Below, in pieces: positions 42,879 through 56,161 of a stretch of 64,000 nucleotides of DNA (positions within the stretch are counted from its first letter, which is position 1; every line of letters starts with the position of its first letter). Below the pieces are notes generated by a model. That model saw only the letters and a list, made by a program, of their open reading frames with translations, was not told the origin of the DNA and searched no databases. The DNA lies in NCBI RefSeq assembly GCF_009914755.1, contig NC_060930.1; one strand, written 5' to 3'. This DNA comes from the human T2T-CHM13v2.0 reference genome, Homo sapiens. The translations under genes were made by a program, and so were the position numbers.

Positions 42879-43341
42879 GTAAGAACACACACACATTACA
42901 AAGAGAAGGGTCCCTTCCAAGTATTTATAGGTATGCCACCAACCAAATTTAGAAAACACTAGGTTCTAAGAGTAGAAATAAAGGTAAAAGTCCTCCTTAA
43001 GATCAATAAGCTAAACAAGCAAGCAGAAAAAAGAAAAATTATTCTGAAATGTAAAACTAAAATTGCCACTGTTGGTAAATTATAAATCCCACCTCAAGGC
43101 CACCCTGGACACATGTACATTCCTCTACTGCTGCATGAATTACTTCCTTCTCTCCATGACACATGACAAGTTCTTTGAACTCCTGAGCACAAGGACTGTT
43201 TTCACCCTTGGGTGCCTAGCATGGAACATGGTCCTGACATAACCGAGGTGCTTAAAAAAAAAGAAAAAGAAATGAGGGCAGTTTACATATTACCCAATGA
43301 AGAAAAAACATACATTTCCTTCAAAAGTTTTTCTTTTTTAG

Positions 43342-43439
43342 CAAGATAGTTTAAAAAGATATCTGGCTGAATAATTTAAAAATTGGACTTGAATCAGTCT
43401 GACTAGATGCTATTAGCATTTCAGAACTACAATGGAAAG
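43342..43439 (+). other. Candidate internal exon (98 nt)
   Basis: Acceptor gtttttcttttttag|C, consensus donor AAG|GTAAGT, and Kozak ACAATGG (ATG at 43432). Confidence 0.4.
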
Positions 43440-43778
43440 GTAAGTTGTACTCTATTCTGTCATCTCCAGTGTTCTAAAACAGAGAGTGTTACATAAACTG
43501 TCACCCTGCCCCATATTCCATCCAGATTTCACCCTGCTACCGTTCCTGGCCCTTCTTAGCCCATAGTGGCACTCCATAATGGTTCTGTCAATTTCGTCAC
43601 TCTGGGGCAGCCAGTGTTCAACCTCTCATTTTATACACAAGCAGGCATCTTAACACAATTCAGTGTTTTGTAGGGACAAGGACACAATCCCCCTTATACC
43701 ATGTAGCAGAGGGAAGGGGCAAGGTGAAAAACAGACCCCAGGGCTGCCTGCCCTCACTCACTCTTATTTTCTCTCCAG

Positions 43779-43887
43779 GCAGTGGCTGCCCTGGACAATC
43801 AGTGTGCAGTTGTCTGACAGCCAGCTGGAGCCATCTATTCTTCAGCCTGATGAATTTTCTCCAGTCAGCACAGTGATACTGTCATGA
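43779..43887 (+). other. Candidate exon start, through the stop codon of the spliced micro-ORF
   Basis: Acceptor ctcactcactcttattttctctccag|G. The 3' end is unknown (donor CAG|GTAAAC at 44163, or AATAAA at 44768). Confidence 0.35.
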
Positions 43888-46800
43888 GTAGACACGTAGC
43901 CTCAAAATTGAAGCTTCCTGGGAAGAGAACATCCTGAAGATTGTTTGAACTGTATTACTAAATTTTTTTAATGCATGATGACTCAACCCTGTGTGTTCAT
44001 TGCAAACACAAACAGGGTTGAATTTTAAGGGTGTGCCTGGTTAAACATCTTGTATATGGCCTCTGTATTAAGACTAACACCTGGCTAGAAGCTGCAATTT
44101 ATTTTGTGTGGAGTGTTTAGTTTTCACATAGAATAGAAATTGAGAAAGAAGCTGTTAAATCAGGTAAACAGGTGTCACATCAGGCATGTCCTTAAGTGTC
44201 ATGCATTTTTAATATAAAGGACATTATTGAGAAATTAGCAAAATTTAAATGAGGGTTGAAGATTAGAGGGCAATAATGTGTCATCGTTAACATCCTTATT
44301 TTGATGGTTGTATTGTAGTTACATAGGGCACGTGCCATATAAAAAGACTGTGGGGTACAGAAAAACAGCGCAAGAATTACCCCAGGTTGCTTACTGTGTA
44401 ACAGGAAAGCTATCAGGTGCATGTAAAACATGATGAAAAATACAATGCACAATGTTGTAAGGACCAAATACAAGACAAGAAACTGTAGTTCTCAGTATTT
44501 TCTCCATCAATGGTACTGACCTTAACACTTACTCTTAAATAGTTGGACTCAAGGGTTAGACTCAAGTCACTGTGAGCCAGGTGTAATTTCATTCCTTTCT
44601 CCTCTACTGAATGGACACTTAATGGAGCAGGAGTAACATTTTTCTAATATTAGTTTTGAATTCATTACAATTTTATGTTAAAAGATAAATGCCTCGCCAC
44701 CTTAGGACATCATCTCTACTTAATTCATCTCTGAGACAGTTCATTATGTCTCAGTATAACCCAAATTAATAAATTTCAAGTAGGGCTAATTTTTAAATGA
44801 GGTAACAAGTACTGTCACTGCTGTCCTCCTAACCCCTCCATTAAGAAGTATTTCCTGCTCATTGTATTCCAAAAATCAGCAACTACAAACTGCCTGGTGC
44901 AGCAATTTGGGAATCCTAATGCCTGCTACTTTCTTTGTGGCTCATTCCATATGTACTGATAGCACTGGGATAATAAATTTATGGACAGTTCTCAAGTTCA
45001 ATATTCATTCTTCTATCACTACAGAGGGTGTAATGCTAGAGGGTAAAAGGAATACAGTTCCTCAAGATGCTGATAGGCTAATGGAGGGAGATAATAAACA
45101 CAGGTAAACTCCCAAATACATACATACAAAACATGCAAAAAACAATTTGTCTATGGCTAATGATAAGAATAAACTTTCCTCTCTCTCCCAGTACAATATT
45201 TGGAATTTCCCGTCTCTCTCCTTCCTTCTCCACTGGCTTGGACCGGAATCTCTTCTCATTCTCCCCCAGCAACCTCAATCCACAAGCACAGCAAAATCAA
45301 TGTACTGGAGATCCGGTATCTCTACTTTGTGGTGATTGCAGGTTTCCTTGCGTCCCTGAATCTATTTCCATACATATAAGTCTGGAACAAACAAACCTAC
45401 CACCAAGGTTGGAGTTGGACTTAATGTAATAATGCATTTGAGGCACCCACACTCAGAGACTGCTCCCAGCTCTCTTCTCTGCTTCTCTCAGCACAGGTCA
45501 GGTCTAGGAATGCATTGGGAAGGTAGAAGGGAATAAATGGCACAGGAAAGGGAAGAGGAGGGGAATGATAAAGGCCTTTCTCTTTCACCATGGCTTTGCC
45601 ACTCCTAACCCCAGCTGATGTCTTCATCTTTTGCTCTCAGAGAGCAGACAAAAGCCTCTCTGCTTCCTGTTCTCTGTCTGCCCTCATGGTGTCAGGAGTA
45701 GAGAGGCATCAGGCAAACCATTAAGGCCCTTTTCAGCTCCTGCAGTGCCAGAAAGAGCAGGCTAACTCAACTTGGGCTGATACTGATCTTCTGCCTGAGA
45801 ATATACAGACTGCATTAGAATCTTCTTAATATCCTCTGCATTTAATTCCTTACCCCAGCACTCTCCAGTGCTAGCTTCCAAGCTGTGGTCCAGTGCAAAG
45901 AGGAGATTACTTGGCATTTCCTGTCCAGCCAACTGCAGAGCCTAGAACCCCTGACACCCAGCCACCTGCCCACCTGCCCCATCCTCAGCTGCAGCTCAGC
46001 CCAGGTGTATAGGCTCTCTACTGGGACTAAGGAGGAGTAAGATGGGATGACCAAGCATCCTTTCAAACTCATCTGCAATCTCCTTTTCTCCATCCATCCA
46101 CGTTCACCAAACCCAAGAACTATTCCTAAGGCTTTCCAAAACTACTGAACCCTCTGAGTCCTTCTCACTCTTCTCCTCTCCCATCACAAAAGGTAAAAGA
46201 ACACTCTCTAGATAAACGCAAGGAGAGAGACAGAGACAGAGAGTAGGTCAGGAAGAGGGCAAAAACTGGGAACACTCATGTGATATCAAACTGTGATGAG
46301 TCACAAGTGTAACTCTCTCTCTTGGGTTCCACTAGCATCATCCTCAGATCTCCACATGAGCATATACCAGTGCAAGAACGTCCTGTTCCCAGAAGGGCAC
46401 CAGTAAGGAAGAGTGCATAAATATTCTGGAGTCATTTCCAAAGAAACAGGCTAAGAAGGGACTGATCGAGTAATTATTTTTGCATTCTTCAGAACTTTCT
46501 GGATGTCACTTCAGGTATTCCTGGGTGAGGCTTATACATAGTTTTTAGAGGCAGGAGATTCCTGTAATCCAGTGGAACCTCTCTTCAGCTATTTTAAGAC
46601 CTTGACTCAGATGTCTTGAGCTATTTTAAGGCACTTAAAGAGTTTGGCTTGTAAGAAAAGAAAATCTTCTGTAGGTCTGTGTTTTGGTGGTACATCTCAC
46701 AAAGCTTATCAATTCTTTATTTCTTGTGTCCCACTAGAAGAAATTTCCAGCATTAAAACAACGTAGAGGATCAATCTGTATAACACTATTTAAGGAACCC

Positions 46801-48189
46801 TAAACTTAAAGCCCAGGTCCGTGAGCTCTACTACTTACTCTACTACTTGCCAGGCAAATTTGGGGGAACATTGGCTTGTCTCCCTGATAGGGTTCTCATG
46901 AGGAGCATAATAGATGATATGTAAAAGTTTGAAAAAATGTGATATGCAATATAAAGATAGGATGTTATATTTCAAGTACTAAAATAAAAACACAAAGCCT
47001 GTGAAAAAGAACACAAGACTGCTTTGTGCTTAGAGTTACCTATTTTCTCTAAATACTACAAAAGACCTTTGCAATGGGAAAGTCTCTGAATCTTACATTT
47101 TTCTTTTTAAAAGCAGGAAAGTTTCTTCTCCTATCTGACATCTGGATTATAACTATAAATCAACCTAACCCAATAGGTGCTAGATTGTATGTTTGATTAA
47201 TTGGCATAAATGTTCAAACTACAAATCGAAATTTAAACTATTCTTTGAATAAGTTTATCATTTTTTAAAAAACTATTTAGGTATAAGATCTAATGTAACC
47301 AAAAGACTAACTGATTGGCTGACTGAAGGACTAACATCATGAATGTTGAGAGCCTAACTATAAAATTTCAGCTAAAGGCAAATAGGAGGAAGTGAACTCT
47401 ATTTTCTATTTTTTGTGCATAGAGCTTAGTTCATACAGCTCAGTCTTTCAAGCCAATCAACTAATTCACAAGAGAATAAAGTTCTTACCCAAGAATACAG
47501 AACTTTGTTCCTGTAGCACACCATAACCACCTAAGCCTTACATTTAATGTAACGTTTTCTTTTATAAAGTAATCCTAAAATCCATTATTAGAAAATAACC
47601 ATATATTTTCTTTTGTTCTACATAATCATTATTTGTTATGTGGTGCTTATTTTCTTAGTACTACCTACTGTAACTAATTTTCACAGAAAGAAAAAGTAAA
47701 AAGTCTTACACTGTTTATTTTTTTCATTTTGTTATTTTTGTTTGTTTGGTTTTTGTCTAAGCATGGAAGACCAGTTTATCCTAGTAGTACAAGGTAAATG
47801 AGTTTCCTAAAATGGAATTTTTCTTTTTTATTATCTTTGCAGACTGGCTAAGAAAATTTACAAATAATCTGCCAAGTCACAAGTTATTTTATTAGTGAAA
47901 GCCAGCATGTAGAGCAATGAAAATGCAGTATAAAAAAAAATTAAAGTCTTAGCTGATAGCACCAAGATACTAAGCAAATATACATAAATACAAATCCCAT
48001 GATCTTGCCCTAAGGAATCTATTTGTCTTATTTTCTTTCAGCTTCTAGCACAGTGTCTGAAAATGGTAGCCACTCAATAAATATTTGTTTAACATATTCT
48101 GGTAAAGTGAATAGAAACATTCAGAGAAAATAGCTAGGCTTGAGCGTGGTTAAGGCAAATTTTCTTCATTATTTTCTTTTCTTTTCTAG

Positions 48190-48252
48190 AAGGCAGAAAT
48201 GGTTTCCGTTCAGCAAATCCACACCAGCAATCCTCTTACAGCAAATTTCCAA
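48190..48252 (+). other. Probable 63-nt frame-preserving internal exon (coding status unknown)
   Basis: Long polypyrimidine tract ttttcttcattattttctttcttttctag|A and donor CAA|GTAAGT. Length is divisible by 3, with no stop in any frame. Confidence 0.55.
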
Positions 48253-51014
48253 GTAAGTATAAGTTTTCTTAAGATGTTGTGTGGAGAAATCTACTGTTCA
48301 CAGTCGTTAGAAAGCATTTTGATGAGGCAGACCACAGCTTCTTGAAAGGGATATGAAGTAACCTGAGTTCTGCACAACAAGCTCTTAACTGTACCTAACT
48401 GCTTCTTGCAACAGGGTTTTTGGTGAAGAACAATTCTCCAAGGAAGAATAAACATGCAACCATTTTTGCATGATAAGTTCTTCTTCTGATAGTATTTGTA
48501 GCATAGACACTTTATAAAACTCTTTAACTCTTCACCATAAACACTTAAAAAATGAACTCTTAAATGCTTCGTTTTCTAGACAAAATATAAAATTGAGACC
48601 GGGAATTCAAACTAAACTGTAGGACTAATTCATCTAGTGACACTTTGTAAATTCTTTTTCTTCCCTTCTCCCCCCAAAAATGTGATAAACCGTAATTTTC
48701 AACTTGAACAAAGTAAGTTAAGGGGGTGTGGTAGAGACAAATGATAAATTTGAATTAAGACTAAAATACAAACACAAGGTCTGAAAAGCATTGCTGTTTT
48801 CTCTCCATTTGTTTAAGTGGATGAGTTGTATGTTGTGAACCCAGGAAGGAACACAGTAAGCAATGTGATCATGATCCAGTTACAATCAGAACCCGGAAAA
48901 GCCAGGAGCCTTTGCCAGATAGGTAGAGACAGGAACCACCAACAGGAAGGCTTTTCCAAGCAGAGAAAATGCTGGTGCAAGAAGAAAAGGACTCAAAAAT
49001 TACTGAGATAGAAAGATCAAAGGTGATAGATCTCAGAGATGGGAATGTGAGGAGTGTGAAAGAGAAAGAGATAGCTTACTGTAGGAAAATAGAGGAAAAT
49101 TAAACATAAATCTGTCCATTTCAAAGAGAAATCCATGGGACTCAAGACAAGGAATGTAACTACAACATGGCTGGTAGTGGCCCAAAGCCCTCCCATCATA
49201 TTTTGTAGTTCCTGAGGGCTTATCCTTTCAAAACCTTTTATCCGTTGTCCAGGCATCTACTTTACAGTGTTTATTTCACTCCATGTCAACCTAAACAGGA
49301 ACACTTGGCATCAAGCATTATCACCAGTTTTCATAAAAATCACACTCACTAAAACATTTCTGAGTTTAGTAGAAATCTAGTAATCATCAGAGCTGACAGA
49401 AGAAGAGATGAAAAGATAGAAATCCACACCACACTGCATTTTGCCATTTGACTGGCTTCCTCTTACCTTCCTATCTTCTCCTCCCTTTCAGGAGCAAAAC
49501 AACAAAACACACTTTCTTATCTTACTCAGAACAACTTATCAACACCATTGAAACCTTTATACCATTAACATTTAAGCCTCTGAATTTTGAAGCTTAAGTA
49601 TGAATAGAAAGGTTAAGTGAAGTATTGACAAGTTGAAGGAAGGAGAGGATAGTTTTAGAAGCAGCTTTTTACCAGTAATTGTCAATGCTTTCTTCCAAAG
49701 TATAATATGTGAATATCATGTTTTTACTTCATTACATGTATCAAATTTCATAGGTATCTTATGCATTCAATAAATTCTTAGTTTCAAAGAATATTTTGAA
49801 AATTCTTATATGACAAGATATAAGCTGATGTAATATGCCAAATTTTATAAAATTAATAATTTATATTCTTTAAAATGATTTTGGGAAAATATACTAAAAT
49901 ATTAAAATATCTCTGAATGATGAGATTGTGGGTAATTATTATTTCTTTCTTTAGAATCTTCTGCAAATGTTTTACCATGCAGAAGAGTTGTTTTTTACAT
50001 CAGAAAGAAAAATACAAGTGCTATTTTTAAAGATGTCTTAGGTCACACTCAGCAAAATTGTTTTGATAATAAAGTGATATCTGGTTAGTTTGACAGAAAG
50101 CAAATGAGGGCATTGCAAGTCTTCCTTTAAATGTGAAATACATACTTCACTTGTTCTTTAAACCCAAGCAATTTTTTTTCTTTTAGACACGAAGTTTAAT
50201 AGGAATTTGATTTCTCCTTGAGGAACTCAATCCTTTCAGAATTTAAGCACACACCTTACAAAATACATTAGGTTAAAGGAAAAAGAGAATGAGAAAGAAA
50301 TAAGTAATATATGAACTAGAGACACAGCAGCATATTTCTTAAAGTCTTTTAATATAAAATTTTATTATGACAGATTTAATCTAGTTATCTAGTTACGAGG
50401 CTTGGCTAAAATCTTTTAGAATTAGGTAAAATGATGAAATTCTACCTAAGAGCCATCTTTTTAAAAGATTGCTTTCTAAAAGCAGGCTGTATTATGATGG
50501 TCTCACTTTTATACTTGTTGGTTTGTCTCAGTGAATTTCACAAATATTGATGATGAAAGTATCAACCATAACTTCTCTTCCTATCTCTGAAATTGACATC
50601 CTCCATACTCTGCCTAAATCCCTTGCTAATATGGAAATAACTAGCTGGGTATCCTTAATCTTTAAAATAAGCATATTTAGGGTATCATAGTGCCATTGAT
50701 TCACTTATTCACATGCTCAACAAATATGTATGTTTAATATATGCCAGACAATGTGCCGGGCTCTGACAGTAATGAGATGAATAAGAAGAGTCCCTGCCCT
50801 TAAGTACTCCATATTCCACGGAAGACACTCAGCACATTCGTAGGAAACCAAAGCTACACAGTTTCTTGTTTACCTTCAGCCCTTAATTCTACAATTAATG
50901 TATACTTTTCACTTAAAAAAAATATTGCTACTGTCTTGAAAGAATCAAGCCTAATTTCTTCCCTCCTCCTTTTCTTTCTTCCTTCCTCCCTTTCTTTCTT
51001 GTATAAACTCTATA

Positions 51015-51310
51015 CCTGCACTGTGGGGTATGTTAGCCACTAGCAATTTGTGGCTATTGAGCACATGCAATGTGGGTAACCCAAACTGAGATATACGGTA
51101 AGCATAAAAAACATACCTGATTTCTATTAAAAAATATAAAATATCAATAATTTTTTATATTCATTACATGTTGAAATTATATAACACATAGTGGGCTGAA
51201 TAAAATTGTTAAAATTAACTTCACCTGTTTTTTACATATTTTAGTGCAGCTACTAAACAATTCAGATTTATTTATGTGGCCCACATTTTAATTCACTAGT
51301 GCATTGCTCT
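51015..51310. mobile_element. MER33/MER3-like hAT-Charlie DNA transposon
   Basis: tagccactagcaatttgtggctattgagcac...attacatgttgaaat...aaaattaacttcacctgttt...tatgtggcccacatt. Confidence 0.75.
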
Positions 51311-52411
51311 AAATGCACTCAGTTTGTTACTCGGGGTGGGGTGGGGGGTGGAATAGAGAAGGCTATCTCCTCAAAGCATATTTGTTTAAAGCATGATGAC
51401 ATATGTTTTACTGTTAGTTGTCAGTTATGAGGGTCAGTTCATGTGAACAAGCACACACAGTGCTGCCGGAAAAGAATTGCGTGTGAGTCACTGATAGTTT
51501 TCATGTATATTATGATGATTATAAAATACAGCAGAAAGTAATGACTCACCTCCATCTTTTTTATCTTTAGGAATAGGGTGGGAAAAAATTTCTTTTCTGC
51601 CTTAGTAACGCATTTCACATTATAGAAAATAAATATTTATAAAACTCATCAACAGATCTACTCTTGTACTTTTTATAATTTGCACTTAATTGGGTTACTT
51701 GGTATTTTAAGTACAAATTCTATATATGTCCATATATATCCTTATACCAGAGTATAACTGCTTATTATACATACAATGACCATGAAAACAATAAGAATGA
51801 AACATTACTTCTATCTTCTTATAAGTAGAATAAATCAAATTCTCTTCCTATTTGCTGTGATTCAGGGTTAGTATTTGCAGTTTTTCTAGGTTAAATGGAT
51901 AGAGTTTAATGAAATGTCAAAATCTTTAAAGACTCACAGCACATAAAAAAGGACATTTTCAGCAAGATAATTGAGTAATACATTTTCATTAAATGTATTC
52001 AATTTTTATTTAAAAACAGTAAAATTTCTAAACATTTTTTAAAAATGTATAGTGCTTATATTTTTCTCATATATAGTTTATAGCGTTTATAATTTCTGCC
52101 GCATTATAAAATATCCTGTATGACTTGTACAATGATCATTTCTACAATGGCATGTCTCTAAGATAACAAAGGTGCTTCTCAAATAATTTTGCACGTAACA
52201 AAAAAGACCAAAACACTCCTCAGTATCATCTTACCAGAATCTATGCTCATTATAAGTCTCACCTTAAATTACTTTGAAATAAACCATAAGAGCAGGCAAT
52301 ATAAAATATAATCACCTTCAATGTATAAAAGGCACATTTAAAAGGAAATATGTGTGCATACTCTGTTGTCTGATAGAATAATTGTCTTTAATATTAGATC
52401 ATAATAAGTAA

Positions 52412-52766
<355 letters not shown>

Positions 52767-52869
52767 CTAATTATCTTTCTCTCGAGAAGTCCAAAATGTG
52801 ATTCAGTCATTGTAATCCTGATCAAAATATTACTTTAATTTGCGTAACATTGAACAGAAAATGACAGTT

Positions 52870-53370
52870 TATTCATTTTATGTATTCATTCATTTCGAAA
52901 ATTTTTACTGAGCATCTAAATGCTAGACAGTATGTTAGACCCTCCAGATATAAGGAGCAAAATATTATGATCCTTGTTCTCAAAGAACTTAGAGAAGGGG
53001 AATTAGATATTTCACAAATAATCTCACAAATAAGAACATAGCTCCACAACATGAAGAGTGCAATGTGCAGCTTTTATAAGAACGTGGAAGGGAGGGAAAG
53101 GGGGTTACTTTAGGATTAGGGAGTTAAGGCAGGCCTCTCTGAGGGCATGACTAGTTTGACTGGAAGAAGAGCAGGATTTAGTGGGTGAAGTGTCAGCATC
53201 TAGACAGAGAAAACAGCATATGCAAAGGCCTCCAATGCAAAAGAACCACATGCATTTCAGGTATTGAAAAGACTGTGGGTAGCAGATGCCACCTGAGCCA
53301 GGGGGATGATGGAGATAAGGCTGGTGAGATGGACAGAGGCCAGATCATTCATGGTCTTATGTGTAATTTA
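52870..53370 (-). mobile_element. L2 3' region
   Basis: attcattcatttcgaaaatttttactgagcatcta..tgctagacag; ggcaggcctctctgagg; aacagcatatgcaaaggcc. Confidence 0.7.
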
Positions 53371-53435
53371 CTGAGACAATTGGCACAACCTGAGTGGGGT
53401 CTGAAGATTAGAAGGTAGTAATGTTAATTTAGTGG

Positions 53436-53875
53436 TGTCTTAATCCATTTTGTGTTGCTATAACAGAATACCTGAGACTTGGTAATTTATAAAGAGAAGA
53501 GGCTTATTTAGCTCATGGTTCTGCAGATTGGGATGTATAAGAGACATGGAGCCACATATCTGCCTTGCTTCTGGTGAGGGCATGTGCTAGGTCAAAACAT
53601 GGCGGGAAGGTCAAAAAGGAAGTGGACATATGTGAGAAGGGAGAAAACATGTTATTATGAAGGAAACTTACATTATAACAACCCACTCTAGTGGGAACTG
53701 ATCCAGTCTTGCAAGAGTAAAAACACATATGGCCGCAAGAATGGCACCAATTCATTCATAAGGGATCTTCCCCTATGACCAAAACACCTCCCACTAGGCC
53801 CGGCCCTGTCACATTGTGGATAAAATTTCAGATGAGCTTTGTGGGGGGCAAACAAACCACATCCAAACCATAGCA
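53436..53875 (-). mobile_element. MSTB-like MaLR solo LTR
   Basis: tgtcttaatccattttgtgttgctataacagaatacctgagacttggtaatttataaag...atccaaaccatagca. Confidence 0.85.
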
Positions 53876-54700
53876 ACTGTTTTTGATGGTTGTATGTTGT
53901 ATTTTGTACATGTAGAAGGATATCCTTGTTTGTAGGATATGGGATATATACATTGAAATATTTAGAGTTGATGAGACTTTGTATGGGTAACTTACTTTCA
54001 AATCGTTCAGTGAAGAAAAAAAATTTGTATGTTACTTTCAACTTTTCAGTAAGCATATTTCCAATTTTAAAAAGAAACAAAATTGGATAATGAAAGTCCC
54101 TTTCTCCTAGTCATCTAATAGTTTTCCATTCCATTTAGAATTAAAACAAAAAAAATCTGAACAGAATCATGTTAAAGTATTTAAGGAAATTTGATCTGTG
54201 GGACAATTTATCATCCTTATTAGACACAGATGGGTATGTTTCTCTTATAGCCAGAAATAAGGTATTTGGGAAGAGTTGTTTTTAATCCAGCCTTCTAACT
54301 GGGTCTTCCATAGACAGACTTCACTGTGTGATGTCTTGAGACAGGGAAAAGGAAAAACAGGTTCTGATTGGGTGAACAGCTAGAACAGTAGAGGTTGTCT
54401 CAGGCTTACCCATAATACTTGTAGAACAATGGAGGCCACTTGCCAAATGTTGGAATAGTTTAAAATTATAAAGTGAGCTAATAAGCTGATAAAATACGTC
54501 ATATCCTCCTATCCTGACAATATACCATCATAGCCATCGAGAGGGTAAATTTAGAATTTAGAAATAAAAATTCAGAATTCCAACTCCTTAGAATTCCTCT
54601 CTGGAATATGGATGTCAAGGGAATGTGGCTCATTCGCCTTGAATTGCCACCTTAGGTTCCTGCCCACGTGTAAAGTCTATCTCTCACCATAGTGAATTAT

Positions 54701-55211
54701 TGTAATTCTATGTTGCCTCTGCATCCATTTTGAATATAAGCTGGACTTTCTCACACAATGTCCAGATCTACACCTCCTCCCAGTTTCTCAATGTGGTTGA
54801 TCCAGATATCCGCCATATAAAACTGTCTCCTGGTGATCACATACCTATGGGACAGCTACATATAGCCTCCTTGACAGGCCCTGCTGATGCTCACACCTCA
54901 CATGGACTGGGCAGATATGCCACAGTGACCACTTCTCACAGAGTGACCTCCTGGAACTTGACCCTGATTGCCTTAAACCTACCAATTAAACTCTCCACAG
55001 GAAACATGGTTGGATAACAGTGCTGGACCTAAAAAAGGTGTTGGCCCACGAGTGCCTCTCTCTCCCTGCCTGAGCTCCCTGACCAGCATGCGTGTGGCCT
55101 CCAGGTGTGTTGTCTACCCCCCAGGACCTGTAAGTGGGAAACATTTTTATTTCCTTCTTGTATCATTCTTAATCATCGAAGAGGTGGCTCTTCATCTTAA
55201 AAATCCTAAAT

Positions 55212-55216
<5 letters not shown>
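54701..55216 (+). mobile_element. ERV solo LTR (family uncertain)
   Basis: TG...CA bounded ~515 bp with LTR-like layout (internal short duplications, ccaattaaact, ggacctgtaagt, ends cctaaattaaca). Confidence 0.5.

Positions 55217-55251
<35 letters not shown>
55214..55251. repeat. (AC)n microsatellite at the LTR end
   Basis: Perfect AC run of ~38 bp. Confidence 0.97.
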
Positions 55252-55254
<3 letters not shown>

Positions 55255-55610
55255 GACACCACCACAAAAAAAATAAAAACCTGCTTTCTTTGCATTGCAT
55301 TTGGGTGTAGGAATAAACTGTATTATTCATTCATTATCCTAGTGATTCTCTTGGGCTTTTCATCATGTTATTTTTTTTGCATAACATTTCAAACCTTCTG
55401 ATAAATATATGCATTCACATCTAATGGTGTTAAACATAATAAACATTAGATGTTGGCTAAACATCTATAGTACTGTTTAGATAGGTTTTTAATTTTTTAT
55501 TTTCTTTTTACATAATAATAAATGTGTCTCTTTTCAACTTTTGTTGTTCTTAAGTCTTTAAGTTCTAGCCAACTTTATAAATTTCCTTTAGAAATCATAT
55601 ATATTATGTA

Positions 55611-56161
55611 TGAAAGACTCAGTATACAAATACACAATGGCCAGGCCATATATAAAAACAGAACTCTGGCTCAGCAACCAGCTCAGGAAACCATACTCTT
55701 ATCTACAGTAACCATCCCGGGAAGCCATTCTATTATCTGTAAGTCTGACTTGTAGGAAGTCAGATGACCATATCTAGCAACCAGCCCCGGAGGCCAAACA
55801 ATAAGCCCTTTAACAATCAGCCCAAAGCAATTAGGGGTTGATTAATAACTGACAGCTTCCCTAATTTTTGTCCTGGCTTCCAACTTAGGACCAATCAGAG
55901 AAAGCCAAATATGCTCCCTTCGCCAATCACAGGGCTGCCCTGCTTCTAGTTAGCCCTCTGACAGCTTCCTCATGCCAGCAACCTCCAATCAGAGCCTAAG
56001 TGAAGACCTCTTTCTTCCACCACAATGCTTTCTCACTCCTCTGCCTCCCTTTGAGTCTCTGCCAAAACACAAGTGATGGTTGCTGATTTTTTTGCTATAA
56101 CAAGCCCTGAATAAATAGTCCCTGCTTATTCTCATTTGGTTGGACTTCATTTATTTCCACA
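55611..56161 (+). mobile_element. ERVL-class solo LTR (MER77/MER21-like)
   Basis: tgaaagactc...atggccaggccatatataaaaacagaactctg...three ccaatca boxes...gaataaatag...tttccaca. Confidence 0.6.

Noticed and set aside
44880-45100. Possible CR1/L3 remnant
   Set aside because: Similarity is too faint to call without an HMM search.
47762-47793. 32-nt micro-exon candidate, plus other lone splice-like sites (9593, 39553, 50187, 56826, 57361, 59485)
   Set aside because: Weak or unpaired sites; such pseudo-sites are abundant in AT-rich introns.
48190-48252. Assigning a gene symbol to the 63-nt exon
   Set aside because: I cannot confidently match any of the three translations to a known protein from memory.
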